A stretch of 63,561 bases of DNA, counting the filler. It is 6 parts of 6 records of this genome, joined end to end, with 100 filler letters (N's around TTAATTAATTAA, not from the genome) between each part and the next. Parts side by side here need not be neighbours in the genome. Positions count along the whole stretch, not along the records: positions 1 to 21,778 come from SRR20825019_1086; 5 more parts are not named here. One strand, 5' to 3'. The notes beneath the pieces were generated by a model. It ran no database searches, was not told where the DNA came from, and saw only the letters and a program-made list of their open reading frames with translations. Below, piece after piece: positions 1 through 9,752 of the stretch (positions within the stretch are counted from its first letter, which is position 1; every line of letters starts with the position of its first letter). Position numbers and translations under genes: made by a program.

Positions 1-387
1 GCCGTACATCATCAGGCCCTTGCGATCGAGTTCGTTGAAATGCTCCCAGGTGGCCCAGTGCGGCACCAGGTTGGAGTTGGCGATCAGCACGCGCGGCGCG
101 TCGGCGTGGGTCCGGAACACACCAACCGGGCGGCCGGACTGCACCAGCAGGGTTTCGTTCTCTTCCAGATCCTTCAGGCTGGCGACGATCCGGTCGAAAT
201 CCTCCCAGGTCCGGGTGGCACGTCCGATGCCGCCATAGACCACTAGCTCATGCGGGTTCTCGGCCACGTCCGGGTGCAGATTGTTCATCAGCATCCGCAT
301 CGGTGCTTCGGTGGTCCAGTGCTTGGCGTTCAGCTCCGGGCCGGTTGGCGGGAAGATGTCGCGGGCATTCTTGCGGGGATCACTCAT
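1..387 (-). CDS. hutU: Urocanate hydratase, 5' part (runs off window start)
   Basis: Manual translation from ATG at 387: [57 protein letters not shown], a typical HutU N-terminus. Directly downstream of hutH. Missing from the ORF track because it is truncated. Confidence 0.95.
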   Translation of the reverse strand, partial: MSDPRKNARDIFPPTGPELNAKHWTTEAPMRMLMNNLHPDVAENPHELVVYGGIGRATRTWEDFDRIVASLKDLEENETLLVQSGRPVGVFRTHADAPRVLIANSNLVPHWATWEHFNELDRKGLMMYG

Positions 388-417
388 GGCTGCGGCTCCG
401 GCCTGGCAGTTGGGGGT

Positions 418-1965
418 CTAGTAGCGGGCGGAAAGGCCCATCAACGGGCCATGCTCAGTGGCCTCCGCGATGGACTTGTCGAGGATGTGTTCGGCGACCG
501 CCTCGATATCGACGGCAATCTCGCGGTCGTCCGTCAGGGTTGGCGAGACGGTGCGGATGGCGGCGACGACGCGCTGCAGGGCGGCGCTGGTTTTCAGCGG
601 GGCGCGGAACTCCACACCCTGCGCGGCGCAGAGCAACTCGACGGCGATGATCCGGGTCAGGTTGTCGTTCATCCGCATCAGCCGCCGGGCGCCGTGGGCT
701 GCCATGGAGACATGGTCTTCCTGATTGGCGCTGGTCGGCGTCGAATCCGTCGAGCAGGGATTGGCGAGATGCTTGTTCTCGCTCATCAGCGCGGCGGTGG
801 TGACCTCGGCGATCATCATGCCGGAATTCAACCCCGGCTCCGGCGTCAGGAAAGCCGGCAGGTCGAAGGAAAGAACCGGATCGACCATAAGCGCGACCCG
901 GCGCTGGGCGATGGCACCGATCTCGGCGATGGCGATGGCCATCTGATCGGCGGCGAAGCCGACCGGCTCGGCGTGGAAGTTCCCGCCTGAGATAATCCGG
1001 CCGTCCTCGACCAGAACCAGCGGGTTGTCAGTCACCGCATTTGCTTCGATCTCAAGCGTGCGGGCAGCGTGGCGCATCATGTCGATGGCGGCGCCGGAGA
1101 CTTGCGGGTGGCAGCGAATGCAATAGGGGTCCTGTACGCGGGTGTCACCGTGCCGGTGGCTTTCGCGGATCTCGGAGCCGTCCATCAGCGCCCGCATGGC
1201 GGCGGCGACGTCGATCTGGCCCGGCTGGCCGCGCAGGGCGTGAATGGCAGGATGCAGGGGCGCGGTGGAGCCCATGATGGCATCGGTCGAAAGCGCTGCC
1301 GCGACAACGCCCGCTTCGACATTGCGCCAAGCATGGGACAGGGCGACAAGCGCGTAGGCAGTGGAGAACTGGGTGCCGTTGATCAGCGCCAACCCTTCTT
1401 TCGGGCCAAGCTCAATCGGTGCCAGCCCGGCGGCGTCCAGCGCCTCCTTGCCCGGCATGATCCGGCCCTTGTACTCGGCCTTTCCCTCGCCGATCAGTAC
1501 CGCCGCCATATGAGCCAGAGGGGCGAGGTCTCCGGAGGCACCGACGGAACCCTGGCTCGGAACGATGGGGGTCACCCGGGCGCGCAGCATGGCTTCGATC
1601 AGCTCGATCACTTCCCAGCGCACGCCGGAGGCGCCGCGTCCGAGGGACAGCAGCTTCAATATCATCATCGCCCGCACAACCTGCGACTCAGTCGGCGTGC
1701 CGACACCGGCGCAGTGGGAGCGGATCAGGTTGCGTTGCAGGGTCGAGGTGTCTTCTGGCGCAATCCTCACGGTGGCGAGCTTGCCGAAGCCGGTATTGAC
1801 GCCGTAGACGGCTTCATCGCCATTCGCCGCCTGGGCTACGAGCGCCGCGGCCGCATCGACGGCGGGTTTTGCCGCCCGGTCGAGCCGGAAGCGGTGGCCC
1901 TGGCTGCGCAGGCCTTCGAGATCGAGCAGCGTGGTGCTGCCCGGTGTCAGGATGATGTCGCTCAT
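418..1965 (-). CDS. hutH: Histidine ammonia-lyase
   Basis: [20 protein letters not shown] (MIO-forming ASG), QDPYCIRC and [10 protein letters not shown] motifs. Confidence 0.97.
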   Translation of the reverse strand: MSDIILTPGSTTLLDLEGLRSQGHRFRLDRAAKPAVDAAAALVAQAANGDEAVYGVNTGFGKLATVRIAPEDTSTLQRNLIRSHCAGVGTPTESQVVRAMMILKLLSLGRGASGVRWEVIELIEAMLRARVTPIVPSQGSVGASGDLAPLAHMAAVLIGEGKAEYKGRIMPGKEALDAAGLAPIELGPKEGLALINGTQFSTAYALVALSHAWRNVEAGVVAAALSTDAIMGSTAPLHPAIHALRGQPGQIDVAAAMRALMDGSEIRESHRHGDTRVQDPYCIRCHPQVSGAAIDMMRHAARTLEIEANAVTDNPLVLVEDGRIISGGNFHAEPVGFAADQMAIAIAEIGAIAQRRVALMVDPVLSFDLPAFLTPEPGLNSGMMIAEVTTAALMSENKHLANPCSTDSTPTSANQEDHVSMAAHGARRLMRMNDNLTRIIAVELLCAAQGVEFRAPLKTSAALQRVVAAIRTVSPTLTDDREIAVDIEAVAEHILDKSIAEATEHGPLMGLSARY

Positions 1966-3161
1966 GAAGTCCCCGCGAAAATGCGCTTGTGGAGAGGGTT
2001 GAAGCCGATGCGGTAAGCCAGCTCCGCTGGCTCTTTGACATTCCAGATGGCGAGGTCGGCCCGCTTTCCGGCCTCGATGGTGCCCGCATCTGCGAGGCCG
2101 AGCGCCTGCGCGGCGATCCGGGTTGCGCCTGCCAGCGCCTCCTCCGGTGTCATCCGGAACAGTGTGCAGGCCATGTTCATACCCAACAGCAGGGAGGTCA
2201 TTGGCGAAGAGCCGGGATTACAATCGGTCGCGATGGCAATCGGCACGCCCGCATCGCGCAGGGCCTGAACCGGCGGTAGCTGTGTTTCGCGTAATGTGTA
2301 AAACGCACCGGGCAGGAGGACAGCGACCGTGCCGTTGTCAGCCATGGCGGCGATACCGTCCGCACCGAGATATTCCAGATGATCCGCCGACAGTGCCCCA
2401 TGCCGTGCCGCCAGTACGGTGCCGCCGAGATCTGAGAGCTGCTCCGCATGCAGCTTCACCGGCAGGCCGAGTTCCTTTGCTCGTTTGAATACCCGCTCGA
2501 TCTGCGCCGGGCTGAAAGCGATACCTTCGCAGAAACCGTCCACCGCATCGGCGAGACCTTCTTCCGCTGCTTTCGTCAGGGCAGGCAGGCAGATCTCGTC
2601 GATATAGGCATCCGGCCGGTTCTTGTATTCCGCCGGTACCGCATGGGCGCCGAGAAAGCTCGTGCGGACACGGATCGGCCGCTCCCGCCCGATCCGCCGG
2701 GCGGCGCGCAACATGCGCAGCTCGGTCTCGATATCGAGGCCATAGCCCGACTTGATTTCAATCGTGGCGACACCTTCCGCCAGCAGCGCATCGACACGGG
2801 GCAGGGCGTCGGCGACCAGTTCGTCCTCACTGGCCGCGCGGGTGGCGGTCACGGTGGAAACGATGCCGCCGCCTGCACGGGCCACTTCCTCGTAACTCGC
2901 TCCTTCAAGACGCAGCTCGAACTCTCGGGCCCGGTTGCCGCCAAAGACGATATGAGTGTGGCAATCCACCAGTGCAGGGGTGATGAGCCGCCCGCCAAGA
3001 TCCTCGCGCGGCCAGTCCGCATAGCTGGCTGGAAGATCCGTTTCCGGACCGGCCCAGGCGATTTTCCCGTCCCTCAGTGCGACGGCGCCGTTCTTCACCA
3101 GACCATAGGAAACGGTGCTGGGGAGCATGGTGGCGAGCGTGGTATTGCCGAGGATCTGCAT
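1962..3161 (-). CDS. hutI: Imidazolonepropionase
   Basis: DCHTH metal motif, [28 protein letters not shown] overlap with hutH. Confidence 0.96.
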   Translation of the reverse strand: MQILGNTTLATMLPSTVSYGLVKNGAVALRDGKIAWAGPETDLPASYADWPREDLGGRLITPALVDCHTHIVFGGNRAREFELRLEGASYEEVARAGGGIVSTVTATRAASEDELVADALPRVDALLAEGVATIEIKSGYGLDIETELRMLRAARRIGRERPIRVRTSFLGAHAVPAEYKNRPDAYIDEICLPALTKAAEEGLADAVDGFCEGIAFSPAQIERVFKRAKELGLPVKLHAEQLSDLGGTVLAARHGALSADHLEYLGADGIAAMADNGTVAVLLPGAFYTLRETQLPPVQALRDAGVPIAIATDCNPGSSPMTSLLLGMNMACTLFRMTPEEALAGATRIAAQALGLADAGTIEAGKRADLAIWNVKEPAELAYRIGFNPLHKRIFAGTS

Positions 3162-3207
3162 GGCCGTCTGGTCCGAATAGAAGCTTGCCCGGAAGGCTGA
3201 TTTGAAT

Positions 3208-3225
3208 ATTATGTCTATACATAAT
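3208..3225. promoter_or_regulatory. HutC operator candidate
   Basis: Near-perfect palindrome ATTATGTCTATACATAAT (TGTA-N2-TACA-like core) in the divergent hutI/hutF intergenic region. Confidence 0.75.
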
Positions 3226-3252
3226 AATTGCTGTCAACAAGGAGACGCCACC

Positions 3253-4629
3253 GTGACGACGGTTTTCGCAGAGACGGTTCTGATGGAAGACGGCTGGCAG
3301 CGGGATGCGCTGGTCACGATTGATGGCTCCGGCCGGATCGTGACTGTCAGGACCGGCGACGCCTCTGCCGCCGCTGGCGCGGACCATCGCGTTGCCGTGT
3401 TGCTGCCCGCCCCGGTCAATCTGCATTCCCATGCTTTCCAGCGGGCGATGGCCGGCTTGACCGAAAGTCGCGGGCCCGATCCGAAGGACAGTTTCTGGAC
3501 ATGGCGGCGGCTGATGTACCGCTTTCTGCAATCCCTGACGCCTTCGCATGTGAACGCGATCACGGCACTGGTGCAGATGGAAATGCTGGAAGCGGGCTAT
3601 GCCGGATCGGTGGAGTTCCACTATCTGCATCATCAGGTCGACGGCACGCCTTATGCCGCGCTTGGTGAGATGAGTGAGCGCGTTACAGAGGCGGCGGAGG
3701 AGACGGGCATCGGCCTTACCCTGGCGCCGGTGCTCTATCAGGTTGGCGGTTGTGACGGGCGTGCTCTCGGGCCGGGGCAGATCCGCTTCGGCAACGATCC
3801 GGACCGCTATGCGCGCTTGCTCGAAGACGCGGAAGCGTCGGTGGCAAGGCTGACACCGGATTGCGGCATTGGGGTTGCGCCGCATTCTTTGCGCGCGGTG
3901 ACGCGAGAGGCACTTGCCGGGGCGGCGGCACTCCGTCCGGACCGGCCGATTCATATCCATGTCGCCGAGCAGGTGGCCGAGGTCGAGGAGGTGGAAGCCG
4001 CGTGGGGCGCCCGGCCGATGGCCTGGCTCTTGGAGAACCATGCAGTCGATCAGCGCTGGTGCCTGATCCATGCCACTCAGATGGAGCCGTCCGAGACAGA
4101 GGCGATGGCAAAAAGCGGTGCGGTTGCCGGGCTTTGCCCGATCACCGAATCCAGTCTCGGAGACGGGATCTTCGATGGCGTCCGGTATCGCGCGGCTGGC
4201 GGCAGCTTCGGTGTCGGCTCGGACTCGAATGTCCGAATTTCCCTCAGCGAAGAGTTGCGGACGCTGGAATATTCCCAGCGCTTGCGGGACAAGGGCCGCG
4301 CCGTTCTCGCCGAGCAGGAACGCTCTGCCGGGCGCGTTTTATTCGAGGAAGCGGTGCGGGGCGGTGCGCAGGCGGCGGGGCGCGACAGCGGGGCGATTGC
4401 GCCGGGCCGGATCGCCGATCTCGTGGCGCTGGACGGTGCCGCGCTCGATATTGCCGGGCGAAGCGGGGACCGTATCCTTGACACCTTCATCTTCGCCGGT
4501 GACGACCGCTGGGTCCGCGATGTCTGGTCGGCCGGGCGGCATGTGGTAAGAGACGGCCGGCACATCGCCCGGGACCAGATCCGGGCGCGCTACCGTGAAG
4601 CACTCCGCGATCTGGAGGACGCACTCTGA
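3253..4629 (+). CDS. hutF: Formimidoylglutamate deiminase
   Basis: NLHSHAFQRAMAG, EFHYLHH, APHSLRAV, HIHVAEQ, GSDSN motifs; GTG start at 3253 after a GGAG Shine-Dalgarno (SD). Confidence 0.95.
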   Translation: MTTVFAETVLMEDGWQRDALVTIDGSGRIVTVRTGDASAAAGADHRVAVLLPAPVNLHSHAFQRAMAGLTESRGPDPKDSFWTWRRLMYRFLQSLTPSHVNAITALVQMEMLEAGYAGSVEFHYLHHQVDGTPYAALGEMSERVTEAAEETGIGLTLAPVLYQVGGCDGRALGPGQIRFGNDPDRYARLLEDAEASVARLTPDCGIGVAPHSLRAVTREALAGAAALRPDRPIHIHVAEQVAEVEEVEAAWGARPMAWLLENHAVDQRWCLIHATQMEPSETEAMAKSGAVAGLCPITESSLGDGIFDGVRYRAAGGSFGVGSDSNVRISLSEELRTLEYSQRLRDKGRAVLAEQERSAGRVLFEEAVRGGAQAAGRDSGAIAPGRIADLVALDGAALDIAGRSGDRILDTFIFAGDDRWVRDVWSAGRHVVRDGRHIARDQIRARYREALRDLEDAL

Positions 4630-5327
4630 CGCAGTCCGCGCTCAAGTCCTGGCAGGGCATTCAGGCCGAAATCAAACGCCGCATCGCCGACCGCGTCTGG
4701 CGTCCGGGCGAGCTGATTCCAGGCGAGACGGACCTGGCGGCGGAATTTGGTTGCGCCCGCGCGACGGTGAACCGCGCCTTGCAGGGGCTGGCCGATAGCG
4801 GCTTGCTGGAACGGCGGCGCAAGGCGGGCACGCGGGTCGCGCTCGATCCTGTACGCAAGGCGACACTGGAAATCCCGATCACGCGTATCGAGGTCGAGGC
4901 GGCGGGAAGTGCCTATTGTTTCGATATTCTGGAGCGGCGGCGGGACCGGCTGCCCGGGCGGATCGTGGAGAAGATCGGGCTCGCCGGAGATGTCGACGCG
5001 CTGCATATGCGGGGGCTGCATTGCGCGGATGGGCACCCGTTTCTTTATGAAGACCGCTGGATCAACCTGCAGGCCGTGCCGGAATTCGCCGAAGCGGATT
5101 TCACGGCCATCAGCCCGAATGAGTGGCTGGTCAGGAACCAGCCCTTCACCAGAGGCGATATCAGCTTTCTTGCGGAGAATGCCTCCGCCGTTCAGGCAAA
5201 GGCTCTTGGCACGAAAGAGGGTGTTGCCCTGTTCGCCATCGAGCGGACGACCTGGAATGACGCGATGCCGATTACCTTCGTGCGCCTGGCGTACCGGCCG
5301 GGCTACCGGATGACGACGGAAATCTAG
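4626..5327 (+). CDS. hutC: Histidine utilisation repressor (GntR wHTH + UTRA), probable CTG start
   Basis: The frame of ORF 4767 extends upstream through the GntR HTH (IKRRIADRVWRPGELIPGETDLAAEFGCARATVNRAL) to a CTG at 4626 that overlaps the hutF stop, 7 nt after GGAGG. Confidence 0.88.
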   Translation: MTQSALKSWQGIQAEIKRRIADRVWRPGELIPGETDLAAEFGCARATVNRALQGLADSGLLERRRKAGTRVALDPVRKATLEIPITRIEVEAAGSAYCFDILERRRDRLPGRIVEKIGLAGDVDALHMRGLHCADGHPFLYEDRWINLQAVPEFAEADFTAISPNEWLVRNQPFTRGDISFLAENASAVQAKALGTKEGVALFAIERTTWNDAMPITFVRLAYRPGYRMTTEI

Positions 5328-5351
5328 AACCCGTCAGGGCCGCATGCCGGT

Positions 5352-5828
5352 TCAGTCTTGCCTTAATTGTCTGCGAATTGTCGTCAGGGCATCGATCAGG
5401 GGCTGTGCGGTATCCGGCGGGACGGCGCCGAGAAGATCGTTCACCCAGCGTTCATGCCCGTCGGCCATCTCGGCGAAAACCGCTTCGCCCTTGTGGGTCA
5501 ACCTGACCAGTGTGGCCCGTTTGTCGCCCGGCACCGGCAGCCGCTCTACCAGCCCGTCCTGCACCAGCCGCTCGACGATGCCCGTGACATTGCCGTTCGA
5601 GACCATCAGTTTTTCGGAAAGGGCGCTCATCCGGAGGCCGCTCTCGCTGCGTTCCAGGACGGCGAGGATTTCGAACCGTGGCAGGGTTTGATCGTAGGAG
5701 AGCCGCATCTCTTCCCGCAGCGCATTCTCGACGGACCGCGTGGTTCGCAAAATATTCAGCCAGAGCCTGAGCCGGGTTTTGCGTGTCTCTGCATTTTCCG
5801 CGAGACGTGTGCTTGGTGCTTGCGCCAT
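5352..5828 (-). CDS. MarR-family transcriptional regulator
   Basis: RLRLWL...TLPRFEILAVL...LMVSNGNVTGIVERL...DKRATLVRLT. Confidence 0.9.
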   Translation of the reverse strand: MAQAPSTRLAENAETRKTRLRLWLNILRTTRSVENALREEMRLSYDQTLPRFEILAVLERSESGLRMSALSEKLMVSNGNVTGIVERLVQDGLVERLPVPGDKRATLVRLTHKGEAVFAEMADGHERWVNDLLGAVPPDTAQPLIDALTTIRRQLRQD

Positions 5829-5962
5829 TTATGAATCTTAGGCTTTTAAATTAATTTCGCATCAAAAAATTGAGTATTAGTTGAATATTAAATCAAACTG
5901 GTGGCCGGTTGATACGTCTCCTAGGATCGGGTTTTGGCTACAGGCCAACAAACGACGGGAAG

Positions 5963-6805
5963 ATGTCGCGTATGATTGCCGACTGGGATGACGCTTATGC
6001 GAATGGTCCGCACATAAAGGGGGCGGAGACTTATCCCCCGATGTGGCAACAGCGCGCCGCTGATTTCCGGCAGGAATTGGGCGACAGGGCGGAGCTTGAT
6101 ATCTCCTACGGGGAGGCGCTGCGCAACCGCTTCGATTTGTTTCGGCCCGCAGGTCGAGCCACCGGCCTCGCCCTGTTTGTTCATGGCGGTTACTGGCGGG
6201 CGTTCGACAAAAGCATCTGGTCTCACCTGGCGCGCGGCGCGGTGGATCGGGGTTGGGCCGTCGCTATCCCGAGTTACACTCTGGCACCGGAAGCGCGCAT
6301 CGCGGATATCACGCGTGAGATCGGCAAGGCTGCCGAAGTTGCCGCGCAATTGGTCGAGGGGCCGGTTCATCTCGCCGGTCATTCCGCCGGAGGACATCTT
6401 GTCAGCCGCATGCTGTGCCGGGATGTGGCGTTGGACCCGGTGTTGCGGGCGCGTATCGCTCAGGTTGTCTCGATCAGCGGCCTGCATGATCTGCGTCCCC
6501 TGCTGAACCTTGAGATGAATGCCGACCTGAAACTCGACGAGGCCGAGGCCGCCAGGGAAAGTCCCGCGCTCCGCCATCCTGTGTCCGGTGCCCGGTTGAC
6601 CTGTTGGGTCGGTTCTGGCGAACGGCCCGAGTTTCTGCGCCAGAACGATCTGCTCGCCAATATCTGGACCGGACTTGGTGCCGTTACGGCGACGGTCCAA
6701 GCAAAGGGCAAACATCACTTTAATGTGATCGAGGAACTGGAGGATGCTGACTCGCCTCTGACCCAATGTTTCATCACCCGGGGCTTCACCAAGGGAGAAT
6801 ACTGA
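5963..6805 (+). CDS. Alpha/beta hydrolase (arylformamidase/kynurenine formamidase-like)
   Basis: HGGYW oxyanion motif, GHSAGG nucleophile elbow, C-terminal HHF. Start could be 5963 or 5972. Confidence 0.85.
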   Translation: MSRMIADWDDAYANGPHIKGAETYPPMWQQRAADFRQELGDRAELDISYGEALRNRFDLFRPAGRATGLALFVHGGYWRAFDKSIWSHLARGAVDRGWAVAIPSYTLAPEARIADITREIGKAAEVAAQLVEGPVHLAGHSAGGHLVSRMLCRDVALDPVLRARIAQVVSISGLHDLRPLLNLEMNADLKLDEAEAARESPALRHPVSGARLTCWVGSGERPEFLRQNDLLANIWTGLGAVTATVQAKGKHHFNVIEELEDADSPLTQCFITRGFTKGEY

Positions 6806-6808
6806 CTT

Positions 6809-7261
6809 ATGGCCGCTTTCCAGATGCAACAACATGTGCGGTTCCAGCATTGCGACCCGGCGGCGATCGTTTTCTATCCGCGCTATTTCGAGATGATTAA
6901 TCTCACCGTGGAGGAATGGTTCGGCACTGGCCTCGATTGGGGATTTCACCAGATGCACGAGGTGGACGACCGGGGCATCCCGACGGTTCGGATCTCTGTC
7001 GATTTCAGCGCTCCAAGCCGGTTGGGGGATGTGCTCGACTGGAGTCTTGCAGTGCAGAGAATTGGATCATCGAGTCTTGATGTCGAGATCGTTGCGCGCT
7101 GTGAGGGGGAGCTGCGTCTCACCTGCCAGTCAACTCTTGTTCAGTTTGTAAAAAGCACCGGCCGGCCGGTCGCCTGGAGTGCGGGGATACGGGAAAAAAT
7201 GAAGGCATTCGAAGACAGTTCCATAGCCAATTCCATGATTAATTCCACAGGCGGCTCATAG
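6809..7261 (+). CDS. Acyl-CoA thioesterase (4HBT/YbgC hotdog family)
   Basis: VRFQHCDPAAIVFYPRYFEM motif. Confidence 0.88.
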   Translation: MAAFQMQQHVRFQHCDPAAIVFYPRYFEMINLTVEEWFGTGLDWGFHQMHEVDDRGIPTVRISVDFSAPSRLGDVLDWSLAVQRIGSSSLDVEIVARCEGELRLTCQSTLVQFVKSTGRPVAWSAGIREKMKAFEDSSIANSMINSTGGS

Positions 7262-7323
7262 AATATCCGGGGCGCTTTCTGGCAAGGAGCCCTGCTTTGG
7301 GATATCGTATTTTGCAACGTTAT

Positions 7324-7342
7324 TTTACGCGTCGTTAACCAT
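7324..7342 (+). promoter_or_regulatory. Possible CtrA box upstream of diguanylate cyclase
   Basis: TTTA-N7-TTAAC (one mismatch to TTAA-N7-TTAAC), including the TTAACCAT half-site. Confidence 0.45.
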
Positions 7343-7409
7343 TCAGAGTGAATACTACAGATAGCAATTAATGCCGGGATCGACAGCGCGTCCGCGCGGC
7401 GGAGAGGCG

Positions 7410-8351
7410 ATGAGCAACGAAATAGATAGTCCGGAATTCTCGATCCTCGTGGTCGATGATGCTCCAGAGAACGTCATGCTGCTCAGCCTGATTTTGAAAG
7501 ATCTCGGCACCGTCTCCTCTGCCCTGAGCGGACGCGAGGCGATCGACAAGGCCCTCGAAAACCCTCCCGATCTGATTCTACTCGACATCCAGATGCCGGA
7601 ACTGGACGGCTATGATGTGATCGGGGTTCTGAAAGGAGACCCGAGGACAGAGAACGTGCCGGTGATTTTCGTCACCGGTCTCTCCGATGACGGTGACGAG
7701 GAGAAAGGCCTGAAGCTCGGGGCGATCGACTATATCACCAAGCCCTACAAGCCGGCGGTCGTCATCGCCCGGGTCCGCAATCATCTGCGGCTGCGTGAAT
7801 ATGTCATGCGCCTTGAGCAGTTGAATGAGGAGCTGGAGCGGCTTGCGACCACGGATGCGCTGACGTCGGCGTATAACAGGCGTTATTTCATGTCCAAACT
7901 GGAAGAGGAGGTGAAGCGGGTACGCCGGTACAAGCGCGCGTCATCTCTGATGATGATCGACGTGGACCATTTCAAGAAGATCAACGACACCTTCGGCCAC
8001 GATGTTGGCGATCATGTCCTGATCGCGCTCGTCAAACTTCTGGAAGAACAGGTCAGGCAACTCGATACGGTAGCCCGGATCGGCGGGGAGGAATTCGCTA
8101 TCCTGATGCCTGAAACCAGCGAGGAAGACGCGCTGATTTTGGTGAACAGACTACTCGATGCGGCCCGGACCGCTGCTATTACTGTTGCCGATAACACGGT
8201 CCGGTTTACCATCAGCATCGGCTGCACAGAATTCGACGCAGATACCGTGGACGGCGAAGGCATCCTGAAAATGGCGGATATGGCACTGTACGATGCGAAG
8301 AGAAGCGGACGTGACCAGGTCGTCTTCCGGTCATCCACGGTTACGGTTTGA
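7410..8351 (+). CDS. Response-regulator diguanylate cyclase (REC-GGDEF)
   Basis: ILVVDD...DLILLDIQMP...DYITKP receiver domain; DVDHFKKINDTFGHDVGD and RQLD...GGEEF (RxxD I-site and active site). Confidence 0.93.
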   Translation: MSNEIDSPEFSILVVDDAPENVMLLSLILKDLGTVSSALSGREAIDKALENPPDLILLDIQMPELDGYDVIGVLKGDPRTENVPVIFVTGLSDDGDEEKGLKLGAIDYITKPYKPAVVIARVRNHLRLREYVMRLEQLNEELERLATTDALTSAYNRRYFMSKLEEEVKRVRRYKRASSLMMIDVDHFKKINDTFGHDVGDHVLIALVKLLEEQVRQLDTVARIGGEEFAILMPETSEEDALILVNRLLDAARTAAITVADNTVRFTISIGCTEFDADTVDGEGILKMADMALYDAKRSGRDQVVFRSSTVTV

Positions 8352-8460
8352 ACCAAGCCATATATTTGCTCTTGCTTCACATTCCCTCTAAGTGATCTCT
8401 CTGGGATCAGCCCTTGTCCTCTCGACAAACCGGGCTGCGATAACCAAGGGGAGAGCATTG

Positions 8461-8844
8461 ATGAAATTCACCAATCCTGAAGGCGTTCCGGCGCCAGCCT
8501 CGACATATTCACAGCTGGTCACGGTACCGGCCAATGCCCGGCGCGCCATTGCCTCCGGCCAGATCGGCGTGGCGCCGGACGGCAGCGTGCGCGAGGGGCT
8601 GGAAGCCCAGACGGTTCAGGCGTTCGAGAACCTGTTCAAGGTTATCGAGGGCGCGGGCATGGCCAAGACGGACATCGTGAAGATCGTCTTCTATTCGACG
8701 GTTCCGGGTTCGGTCGCCTCTTTCCGGGAAATCCGGGATCGGATGTTTGACGGGCATGCGCCAGCCTGCACCTATCTGGAAATCTCCGCCCTGGCGACGC
8801 CGGACTTCCTTTGCGAAGTCGAGGGTGAGGCCGTCGCGCTCTGA
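8461..8844 (+). CDS. RidA/YjgF family protein
   Basis: YSQ...SGQIG...QTVQAFENL...PACT...CEVEGEA; ATG after GGGGAG. Confidence 0.88.
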   Translation: MKFTNPEGVPAPASTYSQLVTVPANARRAIASGQIGVAPDGSVREGLEAQTVQAFENLFKVIEGAGMAKTDIVKIVFYSTVPGSVASFREIRDRMFDGHAPACTYLEISALATPDFLCEVEGEAVAL

Positions 8845-8871
8845 TGGGCCTGGAGATCGGGAGACGGGCCG

Positions 8872-9675
8872 GTGATTGACGACTTTTTGCTGCGGGCACT
8901 TGCCGCCGGAATCGGAGCGGCGCTTGCCGCCGGGCCGCTGGGCTGTTTCGTGGTCTGGCGCCGGCTCGCCTATTTCGGCGATACAATGGCCCATTCCGCT
9001 CTGCTCGGGCTGGCGCTCGGCTTTCTGATGAATGTCGAGCCGGTGCTGGGGATCTTCGCCGTGACCGTCGCCGTGGCCGCGCTCCTGCTGTCGCTTGAGC
9101 GTTGGAGCACGGTGCCGACAGACACGCTGCTGGGCATTCTCTCGCATGGGGCGCTGGCCATGGGGCTTGTGGCCATCGGGTTGATGAGCTGGCTCAGGGT
9201 TGATCTGATGGGCGTGCTGTTCGGTGATGTGCTGTCGGTGTCCATGCAGGACATCATGTTGATCTATGCTGTCGTCGCGGTGGTTCTCGTTTGCCTCTGG
9301 CGGATCTGGGAGCCGCTGCTGGCGACCACGGTCAGCAGCGATCTGGCCCAGGCCGAAGGGCTTGGGGGACGCCGGGCAAACCTGATATTCACGCTGTTGC
9401 TTGCCCTGGTCATCGCCGTGGCAATCAAGGTTGTCGGGGTGCTGCTGATTACCTCGTTGCTGATCCTGCCCGCCGCGGGGGCCCGGCGCTGGGCCACGAG
9501 CCCGGAAGCCATGGTCGCCGGGGCCGTCGCGATCGGGGTATTTTCCGTGATGATCGGAATGCTGGGCTCGCTGGAGTTCGATACGCCGGCGGGGCCATCG
9601 ATCGTGCTCGTTGCTTTTGCCGTCTTCCTGATCGGTTTGCCGCGCTGGCCGGGCAGGCTGGTATCAAGGGAATAG
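8872..9675 (+). CDS. znuB: Zinc ABC transporter permease
   Basis: GPLGCFVVWRRLAYFGDTMAHSALLG, LFGDVL, DTPAGPSIV. Confidence 0.92.
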   Translation: MIDDFLLRALAAGIGAALAAGPLGCFVVWRRLAYFGDTMAHSALLGLALGFLMNVEPVLGIFAVTVAVAALLLSLERWSTVPTDTLLGILSHGALAMGLVAIGLMSWLRVDLMGVLFGDVLSVSMQDIMLIYAVVAVVLVCLWRIWEPLLATTVSSDLAQAEGLGGRRANLIFTLLLALVIAVAIKVVGVLLITSLLILPAAGARRWATSPEAMVAGAVAIGVFSVMIGMLGSLEFDTPAGPSIVLVAFAVFLIGLPRWPGRLVSRE

Positions 9676-9708
9676 GTACTTGATCATATCGGGCTTGAAT
9701 TCAAAATT

Positions 9709-9723
9709 TGTTATGTTATAACG
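9709..9723. promoter_or_regulatory. Zur box candidate
   Basis: TGTTATGTTATAACG (GTTAT-N3-ATAAC inverted repeat) in an AT-rich patch 30 nt upstream of znuA. Confidence 0.75.
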
Positions 9724-9752
9724 TTTTTTGAATTCACCCATTGAGATCCTCC

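Noticed and set aside
250-4071. Long alternative-frame ORFs over the hut genes (e.g. 250-990, 1069-2016, 2905-4071) and similar ones elsewhere (42686-44044, 61475-62926)
   Set aside because: Antisense shadows of well-supported genes in GC-rich DNA, with no recognisable motifs.
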